A DNA stretch of 64,000 nucleotides from Azolla caroliniana (lineage: Eukaryota; Plantae; Polypodiophyta). The notes under the pieces were generated by a model. It was not told the DNA's origin. It made no database searches and saw only the letters and a list, made by a program, of their open reading frames with translations. Position 1 is the stretch's first letter; each line of letters opens with the position of its first letter. The stretch lies in contig JBHGNT010000018.1 of the NCBI GenBank assembly GCA_043228905.1, positions 992,001 to 1,056,000 of the forward strand. The letters run 5' to 3'. A program made the position numbers and the translations under genes. This document shows, piece by piece, positions 12,900-25,496 of the stretch.

Positions 12900-15674
12900 A
12901 TTTTCCCTTGTTGTTGGACTTTGAAAAGGCTTATGATATGGTGGATTGGTCTTTCTTGAGGGGTACTATGGAAAAGCTAGGTTTTCCTAATCAATGGTTA
13001 ACAGTTGTTTCCACTCTTTACAACTCAGCTACTAGTAGGGTATTAATAGCTGGAGAGTTAGGCCAAGCATTTTCAATTTCAAGGTCAGTGAGACAAGGAT
13101 GTCCGTTAGCTCCCTTTTTATATTCGATGATTGGAGAAGCTTTTAGTAGTTTTCTTATAAGTAATGTCGAGAATATAAAAGGACTGCAATGGCCTTGGTT
13201 AGAGGAGCAAATTGTGGATTGTCAATTTGTTGATTATACAACCATGTATTTGCAAGGTTCTCACAATAATTTGTGTAGAGTACAACAGGCTATATGATAG
13301 TTTTTGCTATGCTTCTAGAGTTGTTATTAATTGGAATAAGTTGGTGGGATTCTGGTAAGTACCACAGTAAACCCCTTGTGGTGTCCACAAGAAGTGTTTC
13401 AATGGATTCCGCATGGTAAACCTGTAAGATACCTGGTGTTACGGTCATGACCATATAATATCCCATGGTGAGAATTTATCGTAGTATTCTATACACATGT
13501 ATAAGTGTGAGGGTTAAACGAGAGTGTAAAGAAGGGGAGGATTACTTTTAATCCTCGGGATTGAGACAACCCATTAGGCCAAGTGTGAACTTGCTTGGGG
13601 GCCTTGGGTATCACTATAAATAAGAGGCCTAGCTACCCTCATTTAATCATCTTTTGACTACGTCGAAACTCCGTTCTTGTGGTGGGGGGGTCAACACTTG
13701 TAGTGAGCGCGCCAGCACCAGGTACGACTCGACGCCACGATGGTGGTATGGGACGCCGATCAAGGCTCGAGTCCGTCTCGATCCCTTCGCTCGGGGGTGG
13801 TCGGGTGGATCGGCACCCTTCTTTCTCTCTCTCCTTTCTATCTATCTATCTATCTATCATTCTTTTCTCCTTATCATACGCTTACATTAGATCATATCTC
13901 TAATACCTGGGATGTCAGATAGGAATTAACCTTGCACCGGAAGATCATATAGCTCCATTGTTGCTTGCTATGAGGAAGAAATTGTTATATTGGAATGTTG
14001 TTAAATTATCATTGGCAGGTCGGGTTGTTGTTGCCAATCAAGTATTGTTGGCTTCCATGTGGTACATTTTGTCGGCTTGGTTGTGTTCATGTTCAACTTT
14101 ATCACAAGTACAAAGGCTTATTAGAAATTTCCTTTGGGGATCTATGTGAGAGTTAAAGTATCTTGGAAAGTCATTACAACTCCAAAGGACGAGGGGGGTC
14201 TTGGGTTGATTGATCCTCTATAAGAGGCTTGTTGCTAGGTGGGGCACCCTAGAAAAAAATCTTAAGGCATAGAATGGTTAAGGCTATGCCTTCTATAGGT
14301 GGCAACTGGCAAGATAGTATTAGATGGTGGCTTTTAAGATATTTTAATCATTCCCTTGATATTTTCCACCAAGATAAGTTTTTTAGGGGTATCGTGAAGG
14401 CATGGTGGGATTTGAAACATAACTTCCCCATAACTTGGTCCAATCTCTACCATCATGTATGGAGGAATGGTTGCGACAACCCCTAATAATGAACCCATTG
14501 TTTCTATCAGAGGAGGGGGGAATGTTAGGGAAAAGAACTAGGTTGAAATGAGTTGATTTTGATGGAGGAGAAGCTGGATCGGTAAGGAATTTGTTGTATT
14601 TTTCTTCTTCAACGATCGAAAACAAAACCTAGGTTTGTCGCACAATTTGGGGTGGAAACATTATGTATGCAGAAATCGATAGAGTGTTTACGATGTATTC
14701 CTTTCAGCCTTCTCAAAGTGGTCTATTTTGGTATGGTATGTTTTCATCCTTAAATGTCTTATTGGGGGTCAGAGGTTATAAAAACTCTCATGACTATCTA
14801 TATTTCGATGTTTTGCGATCTAGACGACATCATTCTATTGTTATGGAAGACGAAGTTGTATCTCAAGGGAGTATGTTGCATGTTCGTATATTGTGGAAAA
14901 ACGATAAAAAATGGATGTTGAATCCATACCCAAATGATATAAACAATTTATCTGAATTGTGGGTCTACGAGAATAAGCCCATTGACAAACTTTTGTGGGA
15001 TCCCAATGAATGGAAATGGCAAAGCATATTACCTCAACGAATGTTAGGCAAGCAAATCCCATTTTTTCAGTACTCGGTAAAAATGGGTAGAGAATTGTTA
15101 AGGAGGTGTGCGGTTGTTATGCCAACAACATGTAAATTTTGGAACTTGGGTAATGTAGGACACTCTTGGTTAAATGCTTATTGGAAATGGCTATGGGCCA
15201 TGCAAATTCCTAGAAAAGCTATCTTGTTTAGATGGTTGTTGGTACATTATGGCACCCTTGTGAAGTCATGGATGAAGGGGCATTGCCATGATTTAAAATG
15301 TGACAATTGTGGTTTTCCCAATGAAACGGTGCACCATGTTTTATGGGTATGTCCTATAGCTAGAGCAGTATGGAAAAGTGTGTTGAGAATTTTGTATCCT
15401 AGTTATTGTAAACAAGTGTACACATGGAGTTTTGTGAGATGGGGAAGGCTGGCTGAATAAATATAGAATTATGAAAGGACCTGTGTTGATTGTCTTCTCC
15501 TCTCTGATGGAAGACATGTGTTGGAGGCCTCTTATATTACAACAATCCATTGTTTGGAAGAAGACAAGGTTTGGTCTACTGTATCTTCCAAATAATAGAT
15601 TTCAGAATGTCAAACCGAATGCGGTTGAGTTAGTCAAGGAGATATGGTTGATGCTCCTTCATACTCTAAGATGT
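12900..15674 (+). mobile_element. L1-clade LINE ORF2 (RT and zf-RVT), 5'-truncated and pseudogenised
   Basis: RT motifs LLDFEKAYDMVDW, RQGCPLAPFL, QFVDYT and RYLG (after removing the solo LTR). Also LSLAGRVVVANQVLLASMWY, PKDEGGLGL and the zf-RVT CDNC...ETVHHVLWVCPIA. Frameshifts and stops present. Confidence 0.9.
13437..13905 (+). mobile_element. Solo LTR (469 bp) inserted in the L1 RT domain
   Basis: TGTTA...TAATA ends (terminal CA mutated), 5-bp TSD CCTGG at 13432-13436 and 13906-13910, TATA box CTATAAATA at about 13614. Excision restores PVRYLGCQIG. Confidence 0.85.
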
Positions 15675-16461
15675 TGTCATGTTGTTCCGCTTTCGCGTAG
15701 GAAATAAGGCGGGACCGCGGGGGCCCTAAACCGAGGAGCAAGATACAGAAGAAGACGGGGGTGGGAGGAAGAGCGCACGCGTAGGACTGGTTAGGCCCGC
15801 TTACAATCGACAACGTTTGCCGGTCGAATGAACCACTAACACGTATACCGACTGAACAAGATGCACGCTCGTATAGAGGGGAGACTCACGAAAACAGAGA
15901 CAGAGAGAGAGACAGAGAGAGACAGAGAGAGACAGAGAAATAAGAGATTCGATTCCAATACCAGTAAAGGTTACATAGTATGCAAGATTACAACTGGATA
16001 ACCGGCTACTGACCCAACCCAAACAACCACACGCCCATGCACACACACACACACACACACACACAGTAGAGCCTTGCCGGAAGCACATGGCTTTCCTCCA
16101 AGCAGAAGTAACCAACTCTGAACCTGCAGAAAACAACAAAAGAGGAGGAGAGAGTTCAGTTCCCAGTCTGACAGCACCTCGACCAAGCCAAAACGTGATA
16201 CCCTCCCTGTCTTCTCCCCTCCCCTTTTATAGGCCGTCAGGGAGGAACCATTACATCCTGTCACATCACCTTTATTCTCTATCCCTTTGGACAGAGATCC
16301 ACATCGATTTCCTAGTTAATAAATCCTTACTTCCTAGTATATTTATATTAGCCCACCTATTCCTATTTATGTACCCTTAATCAATACTTGTGTCCGCGCG
16401 TAAGGGTCGGTTCCTACCCCATTTTCACCGACTCCGCCTAAGGCCGGTTTCCTTCACAACA
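15675..16461 (-). repeat. 3' LTR of the Gypsy element (787 bp)
   Basis: Minus-strand ends TGTTGTG...CATGACA, TATA box CCTATAAAAG at about 16224-16233, internal (GA)n and (CA)n microsatellites, collinear with 22231-23552. Confidence 0.9.
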
Positions 16462-16477
16462 TCTACCCCCACCAAAC
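16462..16477 (-). other. Polypurine tract of the Gypsy element
   Basis: Minus-strand GTTTGGTGGGGGTAGA directly before the TG that starts the 3' LTR. Confidence 0.7.
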
Positions 16478-16535
16478 TGCGCATCCACCGGCATGCACCA
16501 GAGAGGTACGAACGTTGTAGAAAATCGGCTCACAC

Positions 16536-19500
16536 TCACCCATCACTCTCCGTAACTTCATCCGCTCCGAACCGGTTGTCACTGTCGTCCTCGCCTCCCA
16601 GGTCCGGCTCGTCCTCATGCCGCTTCTTGAAAGACTTGATCCTCTTCTTGGCTATCGGCACCGCTATCTGCGTCCCGTTGAGCTCCACAAGGTGGTAAGT
16701 ACCGTTATCGTTTGCGCTCGTTACGGTGTAGGGCCCGAACCACCTCCTTGCAAACTTCCGCGTCACCTTGTGCTGATTATTGAGGTTGCTGTCGTAAACC
16801 AGTACCCAGTCGCCTTCCTCGATCTTCTTTGGTCGTAGCCGGTGCGTTCGGTCGAACCGGCCCTTGTTCCTTGCCCTCGCTGCGTGTAGCTTTGCCTTAG
16901 CCTATTCCACTTCCTCCGGTCTTCGCTCGAGTTATCAAATCCGCGCTGCCAACAACTCCTCCCTACTCATCTCGTCCTTCCAGGCTACCGCTGTCGTGAA
17001 GATTTCCGGCTATAGTGTGAAACCGGGGTGGAATGGGCAAGTTGGTGGTATGCAACATGTGCACATGTATACTAGGAAATGGTGTGTAGAAATAAGAGGG
17101 GAAATTTTATCCCACATTGTAAGGTCCCTCCCTCCTTGGGCTATAAAAGGAAGGGAGGGGTCACTTATGAAGGGTTGCCTATTTTGCGTATAAGAGGTAT
17201 GCCACTTAGTCTAGAGTTCTTACCGTTTTAGGGTTAGGGTTTCGTTTAGGGTTTCCTTATTCATCTTCGGTTAGGGTTTCTCATAGTCGTTTAGTGCGGC
17301 CCACGCGGCCACCATTGTTGTAATCATTCGTTTGTTTTAATATATCTTGTTGAGTATCTTACCTCCGCTGATCTCTCCTTCTATGTCGTGCTCTTATTCT
17401 TTCTTCTTCTCCTCTTGAGCTAAGCTTCCAAACATATCTTATTCTATCTCCTCTACTCCCTTGTCCCAGACCCCCGTGGTCCCGCCCTTCGACACGCACG
17501 CGCGTAACAACGCAACACCGTGGCCCAAGAAGAAATCGTCCACTCCACCGGCATGATCGACTTCTGCTCGTACATCAGCTCCGCCCGCATGAACCCAGTC
17601 ACCGTACTGTGTGTAGTTTGGTCCGCCCATAGTGCGTAAGGAAGGAGCCGCGGCCAACTCCCAACTTGACCCGTGCCCACTCTCTATCTTCCCGTTAGCC
17701 TCCGGGTTGTATGTCGTAGTGAGGGAGAGCTTAACCCCTAGTCGGTCGAACAACTCTTCGGCTTCCTGCGCATCTAGCTCTCCCCGGTCAGCTACTATCT
17801 TTCCTACGCACCCGTACCGGCATACCACCTCTTCGATCAGGAACCGGCACACAACTGCAGTCGTCTTGTTTGTCAATGCATGGCCCTCCACCTGATTCGT
17901 TAAGTCCTCTCGCACAAGCACCAGGTACCGCGTCTGCCCTACCCCCATCGACATCGTCACTAAGTCCGCCATCCACTTGAAATGGACGGTCGGCGGGTAG
18001 GTCGGGTGCATCTCATCTCGATGTCGGATCGCGGAGTGCATTTGGCAGCTTCCGCACGTTATTACAAATTGGTGCACATCCTGGTACAGCCCTGGCCACC
18101 AATAGTTCTCCTTTAGCTTTTCGAAAGTGGCCCATGTCCCGCGGTGCCTGGCCCAAGGACTTTCGTGATACGCCGTCAGCAATGCCTCTTGCTCTTCCTT
18201 CCCTGCCACTACCCGGAGCGGAACGCCGCCTGTCTTTTTCGGGAGCTTCCATATGTCCCCGTCCCGTAGGAAGAATCGGTACGACATCTTCCGGATCCGG
18301 TTAGCCTCTTCCTTCGTCCACGTTGCGTCCGGCGCCAGCGTCCTCAAGAACCTGCCGATCGGGAGCCACTCCCCGTTGTACTCACCCTCATTGAACTCGT
18401 TAAGCGCCAGAGTGCTCCCTGCCCTCGTTGTCACGTAAGCCGACTCGAAGAAGTCTACACTGATCTCTTCGTCCTCTGAAACCATGTCGTCCTCATCGTC
18501 ATATCGTGCTTTAGAAAGCATGTCGGCCATGGTGTTGTCTTTCTCGGAAATGTGCCGAATTTCCGGATTTAGGGACTTAACGTATGGGATCCACCTGAGC
18601 ATTGCCAGATCCGGCGTCGCGCATCCAGAAACCAGACCAAGGATCGGTAGGCAGTCCGTCTCGATTATCACCTTCGTCCCGATCAAGTAGTATTTATCGG
18701 CCTTGACTGTCGAAACGATACCCCAGAGTTCGTGTTTAATTTGGGTGTATCCTCGTTGTCACTCACTCATCACCTTCGCTCCGAACCAAATGGGGAACCT
18801 CGTGCCGATTTCGTCCTCCTGGTTGACTACCCATCCTATCATGGTCGGGCTCGTGTCTACCGTAATGTAAATCGGGACGTCCTTGCCGTAAACGGCTTTC
18901 CGGAGTGTCGGTGCCGCAGTTAGCGCCTCCTTCAGTCTACGAACCGACTCCGCGTGCTCCTCGCCCCACTCGAATTTACGCCCTGTTCTCAGCAACTCGT
19001 AGAGCGGCTCCGCGACGTGCGCGTAATGCAAAATCCAGATATGGTAGAATGCGCACACGCCTAGGAACCTCCGTCACCGACTTGCATTCTTCCTTCATTG
19101 TGGAAATGGCTTCTACCTTTGCCGGAGAAGGCTTCCGGCCGTAAGGCCCGCACAAGTGCCCGACCACTAGGATCTCCGACTGCCCGAAAGCCGATTTCTC
19201 TCCGGAGAAGGTGAGTCGCGCGCCCTCAAGTCTTTGAAGCACCTTCTCACAATCGCCGATGTGCTCCACTACGAATCTTCGGCAACCGTCCGGCCCGACC
19301 GACTCATCCTTCTCTTCCACATGGCATCCCTTGATCGGGATGTCATCCAAGAATGGCATGGTGATGTCCGGGATGGAATCCCTCAACACCTTGTTCATCA
19401 CATTCACCATGTGTGCCACCGAGTTGGTCCCCCCTGGCGGTAGCGTACACATCCGCACTAGCCGAAGAGGGGTTTGCATCATCGTGATATCCCTGCTCTC

Positions 19501-19557
19501 CACGGCCAGTTGGAACTGATCATTAGGAAGCCACCCCCATCGATCTTGAGCTCCCAT
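16536..19557 (-). pseudogene. pol: Gypsy pol: partial RT, RNase H and integrase (zinc finger, DDE core, GPY/F)
   Basis: RT MCTLPPGGTNS and PFLDDIPI; RH ITVDTS and IIETDC; INT YHESPWARH...CGSCQ, DRGE, YNPEANGKIE, RWFGPY. Frameshifts, a solo LTR at 16992-17517 and loss of the RT N-terminal part near 19515. Confidence 0.9.
16992..17517 (+). mobile_element. Solo LTR (526 bp) of a related Gypsy family, inserted in the integrase in opposite orientation
   Basis: TGTCGTG...CGCAACA ends, TSD CCGC/CCGT (4 bp, 1 mismatch), TATA box GCTATAAAAG at about 17140. Ends resemble the host LTR ends, and removal restores WATVAWKDEM. Confidence 0.85.
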
Positions 19558-19559
19558 AG

Positions 19560-22202
19560 CGTTATGTCGGTGAACCGGTGTCCTATGTCGGCCGGATTCC
19601 GTAAACTTGGGTTCGACGCGACCCCCTTTCTCCGTTCCCCGCTGCCCTCCGACAAGGGAGTCGCGACTGGCCTCACCTTCTGGTCCACAATCTTGTATTT
19701 TGTATCTACGCAGGCCATCCGATCTGTCCTGACCCTTTCCCCAAAGTCGGCAATGACTTCGTACATCTCCACCGAGTTGACCGGAATCACTCGATCTTCA
19801 CTGAGGCCTTCATCGATCACCTTTCCCATTTCTCCCAGGGTGTCGTCAAAAGAGACCGCCTCCACAGCGCTGCTAATTTCTTCGTCGGGGCGGAGGACTC
19901 CACACTCTCAGAAACGTTCCTCGGCCCTCTTCCTCTCCCGGCCACCGATGCCGGCTATCGTACAACCTCCGTTGTCAGAGACCCAAAACTTCCTACCTAT
20001 AGTAAACTTATGGGGTTCTACCGGAGTATCCGGACTATCATGGCCCCGCGCCTTGATAGCCCTCTCTAAAAATCCCCTCAGCTATCGCTACTGAGGGTCT
20101 CGCGGTTACGCTCATGGTTCGGTCGCACTGTCAGAAATTGGACAAAGTGTCACCCATCTTGGCTCTTCACGCGTGCGTACGCTGAACCGTTATCTAGCAC
20201 CTTTGTCTCCATGCGTGCCGCCGTAATGTACGGTTCGCCGAGTATCGCCGGGTGCGAGGATGTCTCCTGCACGAAGAAGTGGTGATCAATCTCGACATCC
20301 CTAATTTTCACACGTACATTCGGGCAGGCCCCGTGCAGCTCCTCAGTGGCGCGTGTTGTCGCTTGTATCTTCCACCCGTGCTTGGTGTTGATCGACCACT
20401 TCCCCTTCTTATAGAAGTCCATAGACATCAGGTTGATCTTCGACCCGTGGTCGATCAGCACCACTACCGGCTCCAAGACGTCCCTGACCCGAATGGGGGT
20501 TTCCGTAGTAGCCCTTGCCCAGTGTAACTTCGAATAGTGGCTCTCTGCCAACTCGTCTTCCAGGGCCACGTCCTCCAGGTGCATCGTTCGCACCTCCACC
20601 GGCTTATCCGGCTCCGGCTCCATTGAGAGTCGTTTACGCTTCACCAAGTCCACGATAGAATCGCAGAACTCCTTCTTGGCAATCCCAAGCACTTCCCTCA
20701 ACGACAGCTCTACCTTGTTGTCGAGAATCCGCTCCTTGAGGACCTTCCACAAGCCCGTTGTCCTTTCTATTTTGGTGCCCAGCCGGTACCCGGCCAGCCT
20801 TGCTTTTTCTGCCATACCGGGATTACCAGCTTCAATCCTCTTCAGCCCGAACCGGGTCTCGTACCGATTCGGGGTCACGGTCCCACCAGCCTTCCCTGCC
20901 CTCTTATCATCCACTAGAACTTCATAGTTCTGGCACGCGGCTTCCACGAAGCCGGTCTTCTCCTCTATTGGGTCGTCCCACCCGGTGACCTCCCGGACCT
21001 GTTGCTCCGCGCAGTCCACTTCTTCCCTCTTCAGTCGTGCGCCGGAGAGACCTTTTAGCACCGAGGGCCAGAACCCAAAGTCTTTCGGTTTCCGGTCTTC
21101 GCTACCTCCTACCCAGATTCCAGCTGATGTCGAATAATGGACGGCCTCTACATGTCACGCCTCTACTTCTTCCATCAACCTCTTCATTCCGCCACGCCCG
21201 AAGTTCGTCTCTAGGGGTCTATGGGTATCACCGGTGTGCACTCGCCCATTCCACAGGTACACCACATTGCTTCTAAGTGCATCTGCAAAATCCGCGCACT
21301 CTTTCCGGGCGTGGCCGAACGTGTCGCACCACATGCATCGCTACCCAGCCGAAGGCGTTTGGTCGCGGGATTGTTCGTCGTTGTCTCTTCGGGCCTGCGC
21401 GATCTAGAGATCGCGCACCATCTGCGTCAGCTCTTCTAGAGGCACTCCTCTGGATGGGCCCTTTACCACCCCATTCGAGGTCGAGCCCGTCTCGAGCCAA
21501 TCCCGATTTTCCTCCTTTCGTGCCGGCGAAGACTCATCGAACCTCCTTGCTGGGATGGGTCTCGCCGCCGCCGATCCCTCGTTGCCTCACTCACGTCGTT
21601 TGTCAAAACGGCCACAGACTCTCTTCACCACGGCCCAGTCGGCCGTCAGCCCGTCATCCGTCTCCAGCAGGAGACCCACCTGATCTCAATCTCGCGCGTC
21701 CACGGCTTTGACAAACAACAAGACATGGCTCGTGTCCAGCACGACTTTATCTAGTGCCGAGAGCCGCGCGAAGCGTTCTTCAAACTCCCGGAGAAGCGTT
21801 GACGCATTCCTCCCCTTCCTAGGGGTCTCTACCCAATCCATGAAATCTCGCTTCAACAGTTGAAGCGCGTCATCGAGTCCATACATATCGAGCAACCACC
21901 CCTCGAACTCTTCCCAGGTCTGGCATCCGGCCTACACCTCAAGCACCTCTGCGTGGATGCTCGGTGTTACCACCCGAGAGAATCCGACCAGCCGCATGTC
22001 CTCCAGAATGTCCCGAATCAGCTTGGTAGGCCGTCAAATAGCTCGTGGTGTTCTTCCCACTGAACCGGCCTATTATGCTGACAATTGCTTCATTGGCCCT
22101 GTCGAGGGCGCTTGTCCCCTCGCGAGCACTTACTATACGATCTACTGTTGCCGCCATGGCTTCGGCGAGCTCTGATCCCCTCATCTTTGACTTCTCTACC
22201 AC
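19560..22202 (-). pseudogene. gag: Gypsy gag and aspartic protease region, frameshifted
   Basis: ORF fragments at 21939-22202, 21686-21895 and 20150-21061. Protease-like VVLIDHGSKIN and ILGEP; KYKIVDQKVRPV precedes RT. Confidence 0.8.
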
Positions 22203-22209
22203 CTTGTTT

Positions 22210-22225
22210 CACGTCAAGTTCACCA
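22210..22225 (-). other. Primer-binding site complementary to tRNA-Trp
   Basis: Minus-strand TGGTGAACTTGACGTG lies 5 nt after the 5' LTR end. The 3' end of plant cytosolic tRNA-Trp (recalled as ...CACGUCGGGUUCACCA) predicts TGGTGAACCCGACGTG, a 14/16 match with two C>T changes. Confidence 0.75.
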
Positions 22226-22230
22226 AATTA

Positions 22231-22446
22231 TGTCGTGTTGTTCCGCTTTCGTGTAGGAAATAAGGCGGGACCACGGGGGACCTGAACCAAGGAGCAAGAT
22301 ACAGAAGAAGACGGGGGTGGGAGGAAGAGCGCACACGTAGGACCGGTTAGGCCCGCTTACAACCGACAGCGCTTGCCGGTCGAATGAACCACTAACACGT
22401 ATACCGACTGAACAAGATGCACATTCGCGTAGAGGGGAAACTCACG

Positions 22447-22499
<53 letters not shown>

Positions 22500-23552
22500 G
22501 AGATTTGATTCCAATACCAGTAAAGGTTACAGAGTATGCAAGATTACAACCGGATAACCGGCTACTGACCCAACCCAAACAACCACACGCCCACGCACAT
22601 ACACACAGTAGAGCCTTGTCGGAAGCACACGGCTTTCCTCCAAGCAAAAGTAACCAACTCTGAACCTGCAGAAAACAATGAAAGAGGAGGAGAGAACTCG
22701 GTTCCCAGTCCGACAGCACCTTGACCTAGCCAAAACGTGATACCCTCCTTGTCTTCTCCCTGTCAAGATTCGAACTCTTGACATAGCCATGTTATAATTG
22801 AGTGTTATGTGTTAACCAAACATCCATGTATATACTTCCTCATTGTAGGTTTTAGCTAGCATCATGTGCATAATTTCTCCCTTGTATTATTAACACTTGG
22901 CGCATGCATGCGTACCTACTGCCTACATGCTCTATTGTATCACATGCGTGCAACAGGTATGCATGCCACTTAGTATAAATAGTTGAGTTCATCTTGAAGG
23001 AATTCAAGGTGAACAACGCCAGTCATGGACATATCAATCTAGTATTCTCGTTTCGCTCATCTTCTCTCCTTAATCTTCATCTCTATCTTTATGCTCTTGT
23101 GTCATTCCGTCATCGCTCCGTCGTAGCCTCATCATCCGTGCTCCGTCTTAGTCCGCACTTGGTGTGTCCGTGACAGTTTGTAATCTTAATCTCTATCTTT
23201 ATGCTATTGTGTCATTTCCCGTCTTAAGTTCCTCGCATCATCACTCCGTCATAGCCTCATCATCCCTGCTCCGTCTTAGTCCGCGCTTGGTGTGTCCGTG
23301 ACACTCCCCTCCCCTTTTATAGGCCGCCAGGGAGGGACCGTTACATCCTGTCGCATCACCTTTATTCTCTGTCCCTTCTGACAGAGATCCACATCGATTT
23401 CCTAGTTAATAAGTCCTTACTTCCTAGTATATTTATATTAGCCCACTTATTCCTATTTATGTACCCTTAATCAATACTTGTGTCCGCGCGTAAGGGCCGG
23501 TTCCTACCCCTTTTTCACCGACTCCGCCTAAGGCCGGTTTTCTTTCACGACA
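22231..23552 (-). repeat. 5' LTR of the Gypsy element, interrupted by a solo LTR
   Basis: TGTCGTG...CACGACA inverted ends. Collinear with 15675-16461 once 22761-23308 is removed. Confidence 0.9.
22761..23303 (+). mobile_element. Solo LTR (543 bp) inserted in the 5' LTR
   Basis: TGTCA...TGACA ends, 5-bp TSD CTCCC at 22756-22760 and 23304-23308, TATA box GTATAAATA at about 22973. The last 100 bp or so are tandemly duplicated. Confidence 0.88.
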
Positions 23553-25380
23553 TCCACCCCCACCAAACCGTGCATCCACTGGCATGCGCAAGAGAGGTAC
23601 GAATGCTGGAGAAAACCGGCTCACGCTCACCCATCACTCTCCATAACTTCATGGGCATCTTTTCATTAATACCATGGTGAATCTTGACACACACCCAAAA
23701 AAAAGTAGCACTACCTCCAAGGATGGAGCATATTCTTTACTCAAATGTAGGTGTAAAAATAAACTTTAATGATGGTGAAGTAGATGGCACGCTTGAGCAA
23801 TCCCATAAAAGTAAAAACTATACAAGACGTGCACAATTTAAAATAACTGGGAAAATTAAGAAGTACAATAATAACTCACGAAAGGTAGCCAACATCTAAG
23901 CAGTAGCTGCTACAACACCAAAGTAACACACACAACACTTAACCATCTTTCCCCAAAATTAGTCTCCTCGATCCCCTGAGACCAACAAGGGGTGATACAA
24001 GAATATTAACCCGCTGGCCATAGACTATGTCTTTCGTTCGAAGGTTGATATTCTAGCATGTTCTATGGATTGAAACAAATCCTTGGTTTATAGGTAATTC
24101 ACGACGTACTTTGTAGGAAAGACTACCACAAATTACAACATCTTGCCATGTGTATGGAATTTTCTATTTTCTACTTTTCGAGGGTGGACAATTTGTTCAA
24201 TACATATTCCTATTGTACTTTCTTCCTATATACATGATTCACAACCTTGTGTTAAATGTCTAGGATTTTATACATTTATGAAATTCACCATAACATACAA
24301 TATAGCCAACAATAAACATATACATAGATAATAAAAAGTGGCATAAACTATCCATAGCCCTAACATGTAGGGTGAAACATAGTTTTATCATCATCACATC
24401 AATAGATTTACGACATTCGATATTAACAATAAACTACACACTATATCAACATTATCAATAATAATCATCGATAATCAACATTATTCTAACTCAACATATA
24501 AAAAGCAATAAAAAGGCTACAATACTTGCGAATAAATATTCTTTTCAGTGATCAAATGATTTTTACTAGGCAATCATGAAAAGCATTACACACCTATGCT
24601 TACTTTAAATAACATAACTTTTGAGCATATTACTTATAATCTCTTGTCAATGAGATTGATATTCGCTATAGGTTAATCATTAGGATTAAGCATTTACAAA
24701 TAAATCCTCAATAACCACTATCATTATTGACAATCAACAATACCATTGTTAGAGTCGGTAGCATTATAGAAAGCATGGCCATTGCATTTAACAAATACAT
24801 TACCACCACCATTTATGCACTTGCTCTTTAGAAATGCATGAGAATTTTGGTCATTTGGAGAAACACTAGGGGTATTTTATTAAATAAAAGAATGCAATGG
24901 CATATTGGTAAATAACTTTAAATGTTAGGGTATTTTTGTTTTTTCCTTAAATAGCATGAAGACGAACAAATTATCTAGAGATAACATGCTCAATAATTGT
25001 CTTGTGGGAGTTAATTTGGCACATCGATAGTCAACTATAATTGGCAATACTATAAACAACTTTGTTCCATGTGTCTGACTTGAGACGATTTAGACCTCAA
25101 GTGACGTGTAGCTTTCGTATGTGACACCGTTTGATGTCATTTGATTGCCTGTAAGGATTAAAAAATGGTGCAAACCTCTTGATGTTGTTGATCGCTCATG
25201 TAAGAGTTGAGTATGGTATTATCTTGTCTCATGTTAAGTTGTTGTGCAGAAATTGTCATATCGATATAAAGTGTTAAGCCTTGTCATCGAGATCTTGTAA
25301 TAACTAGTGTAATATCAATTCAAGTAATTGTTGTGCATGAACAAATTCATTGTTCATCATGTAAATACACGACATGAGTT

Positions 25381-25496
25381 TTTTTTTTAAAGAAAGATGC
25401 ACCTTAGTATATTACTCAAGAACTGTACATAGAGAAAACAAAAGGAGACATTTCATCTCACTTCTATTGTGATACAAAGGCTAGTATAAGCATCCC
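25381..25496 (-). mobile_element. 116-bp poly(A)-tailed retroposed insertion
   Basis: 18-bp direct repeat AAATACACGACATGAGTT at 25363-25380 and 25497-25514, with a T-run at the left edge (poly(A) on the minus strand). Confidence 0.75.

Larger units (their letters stand above)
15675..23552 (-). mobile_element. Ty3/Gypsy LTR retrotransposon, defective, with two nested solo LTRs
   Basis: Two homologous LTRs (15675-16461 and 22231-23552), PBS, PPT and domain order gag-PR-RT-RH-INT on the minus strand. Confidence 0.95.

Noticed and set aside
16195-16225. Alternative LTR boundary at CGTGATA followed by a pyrimidine tract as PPT
   Set aside because: The tract lies just downstream of the TATA box in both LTRs, and the CACGACA plus PPT boundary at 16461/23552 matches the termini of the related solo LTR.
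19474-21711. Plus-strand ORFs (206 aa, 144 aa and others) as antisense genes of the retroelement
   Set aside because: They are shadow ORFs of GC-rich gag-pol sequence with no recognisable domain.
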